DNA of 64,000 nucleotides from the NCBI RefSeq assembly GCF_009914755.1, contig NC_060941.1; one strand, written 5' to 3'. The stretch is from the human T2T-CHM13v2.0 reference genome, Homo sapiens. Below the pieces are notes generated by a model. That model had not been told where the DNA came from. It ran no database searches and saw nothing but the letters and a program-made list of their open reading frames with translations. Positions within the stretch are counted from its first letter, which is position 1, and every line of letters starts with the position of its first letter. Positions 24,861 to 40,237 of this stretch are shown piece after piece. A program made the translations under genes and the position numbers.

Positions 24861-26420
24861 AACATTTAGAAAGACAGAGAGAAAGGAGAGATTGATGAGG
24901 CAGGAGCAAGGAGGATAATTGTTGGAGCAGTAAAACTCTTGAAAAGGAGACAGTATGGAAGATATGGATAGTATCTTGAAAAATAAAGTGGATGAGAAGT
25001 GACACGAATAGTGGAAGAAACAAAGACGGTGGGCTATGAAAAATGATGGGGAGATACCAGGGATCAGTAGCTGACAGCATCTCAGAGTAGCAGCAGTCTG
25101 CATAAATTTTAAAAGCACTTGAGTTTCTGAGGGAGGAAGGAAGAGAAGTGGTTTGGAGGTAATATGAGGAATAGGCCACAGATAAGAATACCTATGAGAG
25201 GAAAAATAACCTCCTGTACTTGAAAAGTTGCAAGGGAGGTAGTTTTGCTAAGTGATAAACCGGGTTTCAGTTGGAATGGGAAGTTGATGGGAACATTTAC
25301 AGAAGAGGCTAAGAATAAAGGGGAAGTGGTTGATGGCAGATGTTGAAATCAAAAGTGTGAAGTGAAATGGTTAGGATATTTGGTGAAGAGTGGGATATGG
25401 AATCAGAGTAATTGAAGCAGAGAGTAGCATGGAGATACTAGAGCAATAAACGGATGACGCAGATCCTACTGGTTGTGATTGAGGTGGAAAGGATTATAAA
25501 GCATGATGGAATTATCTTTTGGTAATCTCTTGGGTCAAACGTGGTGAACGGTAAGATGAATAATATAGAGCTACACAAACCGTTCTTGTGATATGGAGGC
25601 TGCTCCCTAATTACAATGCTAATATTTCATTTAGGATTTTTGTATTCATCGTTACAAAACAGGGTCTGTAGGTTTCCTTTTAGTGTTCATAATGCTTAGG
25701 TTTTACTAACAGGGTTATGATTACCTCTCCAAACAAGCTGGGATTTTTTTTTTCAAGCGTTTCCATGCCCTGGAACCATCTGGTCTAGTGCTTTTTGGGG
25801 TAATGAATATCTTCAATTGTATTTATTTTTACTTAGTTGATCTATTCAGATTTTCTACATTTTCTTGAGCTGATTTTGCTTATTTATATTTTTATTGATA
25901 TAAAGATTTTTTCTATTTTTATTTCTTGTGCCAACTGTATGTACATTCCCCCCATTCCCGTTTCCATACTGTTTTTAGGCCATTTGAAAATCTCAAAGGT
26001 TTTACAGGAAAGTACAGATTGATGAAGAAATGGCCAAAAACGGGAAAAGTGAACTTTAAAGTGATTCAACTACAAAACGTATGCTACTGAGCAAATACTA
26101 GTGTATTCCTCGCTCTGCGGCTTAACTCCATGAAAATCCGTGCAAAGGTTTTAGCGTTGGGATTGTGACCGACTCGGTGAAGAGAGGGGACGATCACCAA
26201 ACCGTTAGAGCACTGGGGCTCTTGGCAGTGTTTGTCAGTTATTTTCAAGTGATAACTTGAAGTGATACCGCAGGAATAAAATGCTGTATCCAGAGCTGGT
26301 CGGAACGAGCACTACCTTTAACAAAAGCTGAAAAGATCTGCCTAGGAATTCGTTAGAATACAGCCCTCTTACGTCTCTGACATACCTAGTTATGTGAACC
26401 GAGACTGTGCAGCTGACGGT

Positions 26421-26430
26421 GGAAATTTCC
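26421..26430. promoter_or_regulatory. kappaB-like site
   Basis: Palindromic GGAAATTTCC. Confidence 0.45.
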
Positions 26431-26555
26431 TAAGTGCTTTTTAAACAACAGAACTGGACTCCCTCCCTCCTCCATTCCCAGTCGAATACGTCCCACCCAG
26501 ATCCAGCTCAAGGGTGCAGCACTTGTTCCGGCCAGCTCACAATCGCCCTTTGGAA

Positions 26556-26574
26556 GGGAGGTTTCCCGCCATTT
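26556..26574. promoter_or_regulatory. Overlapping kappaB-like / E2F / YY1 motifs
   Basis: GGGAGGTTTCCC (26556-26567), TTTCCCGC (26562-26569) and CGCCATTT (26567-26574). Confidence 0.5.
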
Positions 26575-26930
26575 CGCTTAGGAGGAGGGTGAACTCTTCT
26601 CCCTTCATTCTCCACTCGCTGGGGGCCCGAGCCCACACCACCTTCCTAGCAAAGCAAGCAGCGGGACGCCAAGGCCAGCAGGCCGCATTAAGAACGCTGG
26701 ACTGAGCCAAAAGCCTACACAGACCAAGCCGCTCGGGAAAGGATCAACAACTGCCGACAACCCGGAGGGCGAAAACGCCCGCGGCGTAGGGGAAGCAAAC
26801 TAGGAGATGCGCGGGCCCAGCGCCAGCGGCGGGAGGAGGGAGCGCGGCCGTCGCAGGCGGGAGCGAAGGCGGGGACGGAGGGCGGGCTCGCTCCACTCGA
26901 CTCCGGATTGGTCGAGCTTAGAGAGCCGAG

Positions 26931-26938
26931 TGACGTCA
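26931..26938. promoter_or_regulatory. Full palindromic CRE (CREB/ATF site)
   Basis: TGACGTCA, with an inverted CCAAT box (ATTGG) at 26907-26911 just upstream. A CRE is an established element of the PPM1D promoter. Confidence 0.85.
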
Positions 26939-26993
26939 GCGGGGGAGAACGCCTGATTTGTGTGGTGGGCGCGGGCGGTGGGGGGAAGCGCAG

Positions 26994-27005
26994 TGCGCAG
27001 GCGCA
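26994..27005. promoter_or_regulatory. NRF1-like motif
   Basis: TGCGCAGGCGCA, close to the YGCGCAYGCGCR consensus. Confidence 0.5.
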
Positions 27006-27035
27006 ACTGCCTGGCTCTGCTCGCTCCGGCGCTCC

Positions 27036-27069
27036 GGCCCAGCTCTCGCGGACAAGTCCAGACATCGCG
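27036..27069. promoter_or_regulatory. p53 response element in the 5' UTR region
   Basis: Perfect RRRCWWGYYY half-site GGACAAGTCC (27050-27059), flanked by degenerate half-sites GGCCCAGCTC (27036-27045) and AGACATCGCG (27060-27069). PPM1D is an established p53 target. Confidence 0.75.
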
Positions 27070-27150
27070 CGCCCCCCCTTCTCCGGGTCCGCCCCCTCCC
27101 CCTTCTCGGCGTCGTCGAAGATAAACAATAGTTGGCCGGCGAGCGCCTAG

Positions 27151-28020
<870 letters not shown>

Positions 28021-30008
28021 TAAATCGATGTTGCACCTGGGCCAGGCGAAGGAAAAACTGTAGTGTTTCCTTAGAGAATCTGTCATAATTCTGCTCCTGA
28101 AAGTCTTATCCCTCTCGGTTGCCTCCTACCGGTGGTGTCAGTTCTCCAGATTGACCCGGGATTGCTGGGGTTGGTTGCTGGAGTAAAGCGTAAGCTAATT
28201 TAGAAGGGCTGAAACGTAACCATCCGGCAACTTAAAGTTTTGGAAGGAATTCCGTTGTAATGATGGTGAGATGTTTTTAGGATCATAAACCTGTACTGCT
28301 TATGAAAACTAAAAACGCGGAACGTGTTGTTACCTCTTAAAAACTGGCCCCGTGTTAAGGGTGTGCGTTAGATTCTGCTTGGGTTTTCTTTTTGGAAATT
28401 GCCTTAGCTGATTGCTTTCAGATAGTTCCCAACCGGTTGTTCCTAGTTTAAAAAGTACTTATAAATTGTAACTGCCCATCAAAATAAGAAAAGGCAAGGA
28501 ATTACTGTATGCTAGAAGGAAATAAAGGTCTTAAATGTCTAAAAATTTCGGTGTAGTTGTAGTTTCATCTAAGTTTTTTTAAATGTTTGTAAAGCAGGCA
28601 GGATTTCTGTGCCCAACATTTACAGAATCATCTTACAGCATTATAATTGCTTATCTATTGCAGTGAATAAATGGCATGCATCTTTGTTAGAGCAAAGAAG
28701 ACAATACTTCCAGTGGTGGGAAAAAACCTTGTTTATGGCAGCATAATAACGTTGCTTTATTTTCAGCAGAGGGATAGAGACATAGAGAAAAGAGTTAGAT
28801 TTAGCAAATACAGAACATTTTTAGAAAGGTATTGTCATAGAGTTGTAGATTAGCCGGTTTCAAAGTCTGTTTTCCATTTGCTTGGCTTTCTGCCAAGAGT
28901 TAGTTGATTGACTCAAAAACCAGCCACTAGGCTTGTTGGAGGCGTTTCCCATCCATCCCAGGGGCCCCTCTTTATGGATTTATTTTGTTTTTGTGTAGGC
29001 ACCGTAGAGCTGAAAGCACTGTAGTGTATTGTAGAAATATGTGATATCATTGACTGCAGGGCAACGAGAAGTCGACAGCAGCACAAGAGAGGAAGACTAG
29101 GCACAGAACTATTTAGAGTGCTGTTTATTTTGCAGTATACTTGGAGTAACATGAATTTGCCATATGTTTGAACTTTAAGGATAAAAAATCTTTAAGGTAT
29201 AAACTCCGTTACATTAGTATTAAATTTTTTTTTTTTTAAGAGACGGGCAGGGGCGGGGGACGGGTGTGGGCCGCCTTACTTTGTTGCCCAGGCTGGGCAA
29301 CAAGCGATCCTGGGCTCAAGCGATCCTTCCTCCTCGGCCTCCGAAAGTGCTGGAATTACAGGCGTGAGCTACCCTGCCGGACCTTCAGGAACATTTTTTA
29401 ATAAAGCAGGGGCCATGCTGTTAAATGTAAATATGTATGGTTTAGTTTTACATACACAGACTTTTCGAATTAAGCTGTCACTCTTATGATGCATAAAGTT
29501 TAGAGCCTTATACTCCAGAAAAATGTTAAAGTTTGTTTTGTACCACAGCTAGACCTCAGACTTCGTCCTCAAAGCTTGAAAAAAAAAAAAAAAAAAAAGT
29601 ATGCTAATTATTTTGGGAGTCTTGACAAAGGAAACGAAGGTTTAAATTTTTTTTTCAATCACAAATTCTTGGATGGCTCCACATTTTCTGTAAAGTAAAC
29701 TGTAGTTTGCAATCTGCAGGCCAACCCCTTTCCTGTACATATTCAGCCTCTCCAGTAAATTATATTTGTTACACGAATTTCCATTACATTAGTCTCTACT
29801 CACCTTTTTTCAGGACACATGGAAATACTCCATTTCCATTTTCTTGGATTCTGCCTCTCTCACCCTGCCCCCCCAACAAGGAAAACTCAAACAAAAATAT
29901 ATCCATCATGTAGATTCCCAGTCAGTATGTTTTCTTCTGTGAAGACTACTTTCTTTTGGAATTGAGCACCCTTTTTTCTACTTTTGTAGTGCTCATTGGA
30001 TTGTAGTA

Positions 30009-32165
30009 ATAGTTCTCAAACTTTTTGCTCTCAGAACCCTTTATATGCTTATTGAGGACCCCAGAGAGTTTTTATGTGGGCTACATCTTCCAGTATTTAC
30101 TATATGAGAAATTTAAACTTAGGCAATTTAAAAATATTTCTTTAAAAACAAACTTATATGTTTATATATATATTTTAAAGAAAAAACACTTTTTTCCCCA
30201 AATAAGAAATAGTGGTGGGAGGAGTGGGGTTGTTTTACATTTTGCAAACCTCTTTCAATGTCTGGCTTAATAGAGGACAGCTGAATGGCCGGGCGCACGC
30301 CTGTAATCCCAGCACTTTGGGACACAAAGGCAGGCGAATCACCTGAGGTCAGGAGTTTGAGACCAGCCTGGCCAACATGGTGAAACCTTGTCTCTACTAA
30401 AAATACAGAAATTAGCCGGGTGTGGTGGTGCATGCCTGTGATCCTAGTTACTCAGAAGGCTTAGGCAGAGAGAATTGCTTGAACCCGCGAGGCGGAGGTT
30501 GCAGTGAGCTGGGATTGGGCCACTGCACTCCAGCCTGGGCAACAGAGTGAGACTCCGTCTCAAAAAAAAAAAGACAGCTGAATTATCATATCCACTTCTG
30601 CACTCAATCTCTTGCGCTATTTGGTTGAAGTATCTAAAGAAATAGCAGCCCCACATGCATATGTAGTAGGAAAAAGGAGAAATATTTTATTAGTCTTTTC
30701 AGATAATTGTGGATATTCTGCACTAAAATGGTAGCTATTTTCCCCCCCAGAGAAAGGTGGAAGAAAAGTAGTTTCTTAAAGTTTGCTGAATTGGAATTTG
30801 AAACCTTAGTAATGAATTTCATACTTAATACGTTAAGATCCATTGGTCTATTTTGTACTTTGAACGAATCTCATCCATGTGTGATTTTTGTGACATAGTG
30901 CATTAGTTATTTGGAAAATAATGGTTCACTCAGTTAAGAACGTCCTCTGAATAGCAACACATTTCATTATACAATATCAAAGAAAATCATGTTTGTTAAT
31001 ATCACTGATCTCATCAGAAAACTCTTTAAATATTGGGAAGCTATCTAGTTCACTGTTGTGGATACACATTATCCAAAATGTATTTTTCAAGCAACAATTA
31101 GAAATGTATCATTGAGAACAAATACTGTCAGTTTTTCTTGAAGCGAAAAGCTCACTTTGTTCATGTTGAAGATGTACACCAAATGCCCAAGTCTTATTAA
31201 CACAGTTTATCAGTCTCTCAAGTAAAGATGATGGTCCATGAAAAATGTGGCTAGTTCATTACATGACTCAGACAATCACAGGTGCTTTTCCTGTAGTATG
31301 TAACAAAAGCCTGTTTATGTAGTCTCCTTTTTGTCATATAGAATATTAAAAAGATATGCAGCCTGGGCAACATGGCAAGACCCTGTTGCTATACAAAATA
31401 AAAAATTAGCTTGGCATGGTAGCATGTGCGTGTAGTCTCTGCTACTCCAGAGGCTGAGATGGAGGGATTGCTTGAGCCTGGGAGGTGGGGTTACAGTGAA
31501 CCATGATGGAGCCTGTGCACTCAGCCTGGGCAACAGAAGAAAAAAGTAGGTATTCATGGGTTGGGATTTAATACAATTAATTTTTATTGTGTCATCAAGG
31601 ATATTCTTTTTTTAATTTTAGTTTTTGTTTTTTGAGACGGAGTCTCACTGTATTGCCCAGGCTGGAGTGCTGTGGCACAATTTCAGCTCACTGCAACCTC
31701 CTCCTCTCAGGTTCAAGCGATTCTCGTGCCTCAGCCTTCTGAGTAGCTGGGACTACAGGCATGTGCCATCATACCCAGCTAATTTTTGTATTTTTTTTAG
31801 CAGAGATGGGGTTTCGCCATGTTGGCCAGGCTGGTCTTGAACTCTTGACCTCAAGTGATCCATCTGCCTCGGCCTCCCACAGGCATGAGCCACCACTCCT
31901 GGCCAGGAATATTCTTAAGTGAAACTAGCTTGCTTTTTTTGGACTGTAATTAGGTAGCTGTGAAGAATGCAGTGACTAATGGCTCAATCTGGTGCCACTG
32001 CCTTGACTCCTGCCAAGGTACCAGTAGTTTACCAGCCATTGCTTTCTACCATCAGTACAAATGTCAGCACAGTGAAAAGGGCAAATAAACTCTTAGAATT
32101 ATTATGAAAATAGTTTTGGCCTTGTAGAATCCCTATAAAGATTACACAGACCACTGGGAGATGCT
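30009..32165 (-). mobile_element. Charlie1-family hAT transposon, interrupted by three Alus
   Basis: Terminal segments gttctcaaactttttgctctcagaaccc...attgaggacccc and gtgaaaagggcaaataa...attattatgaaaatagttttggcct match the Charlie1 ends. Confidence 0.7.
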
Positions 32166-32359
32166 AGTCTGCTATAGTATCTGCCTGTCAGCTAAATCTT
32201 GAGGTCTTTGGGGCCAGAGATACTGCCTTACTCATCTTTAATTGTTTTAGGATTGGCCACATAATACCTTGCCCAAAGTAGCTGCTCAACAACTAGTTGA
32301 GTTTAGTTGAATTTCTGTTGAGTGTAAGTAAATAAATGGACTTTCTTCCATTTTTTAAT

Positions 32360-33380
<1,021 letters not shown>

Positions 33381-34004
33381 ATGAATGTGGACTGTCTTAC
33401 ATTTTAAAATTATAGCTTTTCTATGTTACTGAGCCCTTCTTGAATTATTTGGTGTTAAGCTTGACCTCTCTTGTCTTTCTAATGATGTGTACGCCTCCCA
33501 AATTTACAAAGGAAAATTTTTTAAATGGCTTATTTTTGTCTTGAGGTAGGGAGATTTGGTAAATACAGTATGGAATGAAAGAGTATATAAATATATTCTT
33601 TTTTTGTGTGTGTGACAGGGTCTTGCTCTGTTGTCCAGGCTGGAGTGTAATGGCATGATCAAAGGTCCCTGCAGCCTTGACTTCCTTGGCTCAAGGGATC
33701 CTCCTGCCTCAGCCTCTGAAGTAGCTGAGACTACAGGCATGTGCCTGCAAAGTAGCTGAGACTACAGGCATGCGCCCAGCTAATTTTTTTTTTTAATTTT
33801 TTTTTTTTATAGAGACAGGGTCTTGCCATGTTGCCCAGGGTGGTTCCTTACCCTGGGTTCAAGAAGTCTTCCCAGCTTGGCCTCCCAAAATGCTGTTATT
33901 ACAGGCATAAGCCACCACATCCAGGCCTGAATATATTCTTTATTAAAAGGTCATTATTTTTCTTTTTTCTTTATTCATGATCATAAGTTTTAGGTTATGC
34001 CTAA

Positions 34005-34271
<267 letters not shown>

Positions 34272-35542
34272 TGAGACTCTGTCTCTGGGGTTTCTCCATG
34301 TTGGTCAGGCTGGTCTTGAACTCCCGACCTCAAGTGATCCACCTGCCTTAGGCTCCCAAAGTGTTGGGATTACAGGCGTGAGCCACCGCACCTGGCAAAA
34401 ATAAGTTTTAAAGTTTGTATAGGCTTTTTTAGGTTTACTTATTGGAAATAATGTTTTCATTGTCCCTTCTTTTGATAGTTTAAAGAAGATGGTGAATGAA
34501 GTGCAGCTTTTAGCTCTGTGTCATAGTCTTATCAATAGAGTCAATAGAAAGATGACATTCTGCAAAGGGTGATCTCTGGTGTGATTACAGGGAATTGGCC
34601 ACAGTATTTGTAAAGGAAGATGAAATACAAAAGTTTCATTTGTTAACTTGGACTGAAGATTTAGAGCATTCATTTTAAAAGAGTATGACCAAGGAAATCG
34701 TGAAGAAGTTAATCTTAACATAAATTGTTGGTTCTAGATTTGGCATTACTTTAATTTAAAATGGAAAGAAACCAAAGTGGGGAGAGAGAATTGAATTTGG
34801 AGAAACCTCTTAAACTATAGAATTTTAAATGTGTATCTTGTTTTATGTTGGTTGTTCGCATTTTTTCATCATAAAGGATCTTCACCTTCTCATAAATTAT
34901 ACGTTCTGAAAGAGTTGTGTGCCATATTACTTATCAAGTTCAAATTTATTTTTTCTATTTTCATTATCAGTCATTACTTTTGATCCTTATTAGGTAGTCT
35001 CTCCAGAATTGATATCACTTAGAGAAATAGAAGCAATTTAAATTCTCATTAGTTTCTACATTATGCAGGTAAAACTAGATTTCTTTGCATCTTTATATTA
35101 TGAAATATTCAAAAAGATGTAAAATGATTAAACAAACACCCATCCATAACTCAGCTTAAAAAATAAAACATTACCAGGCCGGGCATGGTGGCTCACGCCT
35201 GTAATCCCAGCACTTTGGGAGGCCGAGGCAGGCAGATCATGAGGTCAAGAACCTGATGAAACCCAGTTTTTACTAAAAATACAAAAAATTAGCTGGGTGT
35301 GGTGGCATGCGCTGGTAGTCCCAGCTACAGTGAGCTGAGATCAACGACACTGCACTCCAGCCTGGCAACAGAGCGAGATTCTGTCTCAACAATAAATAAA
35401 TAAATAAAATAATAAAACATTACCAGTATAGTTAAGCCCCTTCTCTCTGTGTCATATTACATCTTTTTCACTCCCCATGAGGGGCAACTGCTTCTATATT
35501 CAGTGTTTATCATCCTCACTATTTTTTTTATAATTTTATTAG

Positions 35543-35749
<207 letters not shown>

Positions 35750-35927
35750 TAGCCAGGATGGTCTCGATCTCCTGACCTCGTGATGTGCCCTCCTCGGCCT
35801 CCCAAAGTGCTGGGATTACAGGCGTGAGCCACCGCGCCCGGCCTTTATTATGTATATCTTTAACCAATATACAGTACATTTTGTATTTTGTTTGTTTGTT
35901 TGTTTTTTAAGACAGAGTCTTGCTTAA

Positions 35928-36170
<243 letters not shown>

Positions 36171-36235
36171 TGAGCCACCGTGCCCAGCCTGCATGGTTTT
36201 TATAACTTATATATGACATCTTACTATATGTATGC

Positions 36236-37155
<920 letters not shown>

Positions 37156-37353
37156 TCATGTTGACACACGTAGCTCTAGTTCGTTCATTTTCACTTATGG
37201 ATAGTATAAATATACCAATATTGTGCTCATCCATTGTATCCTTGAAGGATATTTAGTTTTACAACTATTTATAATTAAAAACAATGATGTTTGGAATATT
37301 TCCGTACATGTCTTTGGTTGTTCTTCAAATATCTGAGGGGTTCTCTGAGAGCC

Positions 37354-37574
37354 CAGGTTTGGCAAAGTAAAGCCTACAGGCCGCATTGGGCTACCACCAA
37401 TTTTTGTAGATAAAATTTTTTTTATTGGAGCACTGCCAAGATCATTTGTTTATACAATGTCTGTAACTGCTTTCACACTTCAACAGCAGAGTTGAATAGT
37501 TGTGACAGATACCATATGTTTTGCAAAGCCAAAAGTATTTTCTGGTCTTTCATAGAAAAGGTTTGCTGACCCTG
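37354..37574 (+). mobile_element. MER58A
   Basis: caggtttggcaaa...cagcagagttgaatagttgtgacaga...gaaaaggtttgctgaccctg. Confidence 0.8.
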
Positions 37575-37731
37575 CTCTAGTGTACTAGGGGAACAATTGC
37601 TGGGTCATGAGGTATGATATCTTGGACCTCACTAGATATTGCCAAATTGCTTTCCAAGGTGTTTATACCTGTTTATTCCCCTGAAGAAGTGTAGGAGAGT
37701 ATCATTCTTTCACCTTCTTGCCAATACTTGA

Positions 37732-38025
<294 letters not shown>

Positions 38026-38378
38026 TAGGCTAGTCTTGAACTCCTGACCTCAAGTGATCTGCACGCCTTGGCCTCCTAAAGTGCTGACATTATAGGTGTA
38101 AGCCACCATGCCTGGCCATGTTTTCTTTTTATGAAATACCTTTTAATTTTTTTGCCCATGTTAACACTGAATTGTTTTCTTGCTGATTTGTAGAAATTCT
38201 TTATGTATTTTGTGGGGTTTTTTTGTTTTGTTGGGTTTTTTTTTGAGACAGGGTCTTGCTCTGTCACCCAGGCTGGAGTGCAGCGGCACGATCTTGGCTC
38301 TGCCTCCTAGTTTCAAGCAATCCTCCTGCCTCAGCCACTTGAGTAGCTGGGATTACAGGCATGTGCTACAATGCCTGA

Positions 38379-38675
<297 letters not shown>

Positions 38676-38790
38676 TAAAGATGCTATTGTGTTCTCTTCT
38701 AAGAGGTATACAGCTCTGCTTTCACAATTAAGTCCTCCTATCATTTTTGTTTTTGTCCTTTACCTATGTGCTGTCCAATTGACTGGAGTA

Positions 38791-38832
38791 CACATGTAGC
38801 CACTGACTACATGTAGTCAGTGGCTACATGTG
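38791..38832. repeat. 42-bp perfect palindrome with no spacer
   Basis: CACATGTAGCCACTGACTACATGTAGTCAGTGGCTACATGTG equals its own reverse complement. Confidence 0.97.
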
Positions 38833-39089
38833 GGTATTTAAAAAAAGAAAACAGATTTATAGAGGTATAATTGACATACAATAAATGGTACACATTTAAA
38901 GTATACTCTGATAATTTTTGACATATGCGCATGTCAAGCCATCATCACATTCAAAGCAATAAACATCTATCACGCCCAAAAGTTTCCTTGTGACCATTTG
39001 CAATTATCCCACATTCTCCAATCTCCATTTCTAGGTAACCACTGAGCCGCTTTCTGTCTTGTAGATTATTTTTTCTATAATTTTATATA

Positions 39090-39253
39090 CAGTCATATGT
39101 TGCTTAACAACAGGGATATGTTCTGAGAAATGTGTCTTAGGTGATTTTGTGTTGGTGTGCGAATATCAGAGTGTACTGACACAAACCTAGATGGTATAGC
39201 CTACTGCACACCTAGATTGTATATAGCGTGTTGCTCCTAGGCTACAAACCTGT
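39090..39253 (+). mobile_element. Tigger3 (Golem) fragment
   Basis: cagtcatatgttgcttaacaacagggatatgttctgagaaatgtgtc...acaaacctagatggtatagcctac...gctcctaggctacaaacctgta. Confidence 0.75.
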
Positions 39254-40237
39254 ATGCAGGTGGTATGGTATCATTGTTAACTTCCTGATTTTGATGGGAT
39301 CGTAGTTATGTAGGAGACTGTCCTTGTGTGTAGGAATTAAATACTATAAATATTTAAAATTGATGGGATTTGGTGGTTTACACACTATTGCTTCAAGAAA
39401 AAGAAAATAGAATTATTCTTGCAAAAAAGGAAAGGTAAAGCTGAAGATATAAAAAGATCAGAAACCCGGATACTTTTAGGAATCTAGGTAGCAGTTTCAT
39501 CAGGGTCTTGCTGCTGGATGTGTACCAGATAACAGTCTGTTTTTTTTTTCAATGACGAGAATAAATAAGAAACAGCAGCATTTGGAGTCACCATTTGGTT
39601 ATGATAATTCACTGTCATTTTCCAAGAGCTATCAGACTTTTGCAGTGGTCAAACTATGTAATAGGAATAGATGGGATTTACCACCCCTTCTTCTTTCATG
39701 TTTTAGTGGTGGCAGGAATCTTTGTTATTCTTTGAAGGATGCGACAGTGCTTTTAAATTATTAGTTTGGAGTAGAGTCTCATTGTTGAGGTGCTCCAAAG
39801 TCTTGCACTTGGCCTTTTCTACCATAATAGGCTTCCTAACCTATCAGTTAAGAGCTTTCAGGAGAAGCTATTAGTTTTTGTCCAGCTAGTTGATATTCCA
39901 TTCAGTCTGTGGAATTGGGGAATTGTGTACTATGTAATACTAAATAGTATTACTGCTTAAATAAACCCTTTAAATAAGGGCTAAAGTGAAAGCAGTGTAG
40001 CCTTTTTTTTTTCATTTGGACTATTTCTTCAGAAAAAAAATTCTCAAAACTGAATTATTTGCTTAAACAATGTATACCTTTTGATGGTTGCCAATAAGTA
40101 TTTTCAAATTGCTTCCCTGAAGGCTTTACATCTCCATACTACTTTGGAATTGGAATTCTGTAAGAACTCTTAAGTGATTGAGAGTATGTGCCCTAGAGTT
40201 GTACTGCCTAGGTTCGAATTCCAGCTTCTCCACTTAC

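Noticed and set aside
28980-29200. Acceptor-like ttttgtttttgtgtAG at 28998
   Set aside because: No convincing paired donor, so an exon cannot be supported from sequence alone.
38791-38832. ACATGT cores of the palindrome as a p53 response element
   Set aside because: The flanks mismatch RRRCWWGYYY at several positions and the spacing does not fit paired half-sites.
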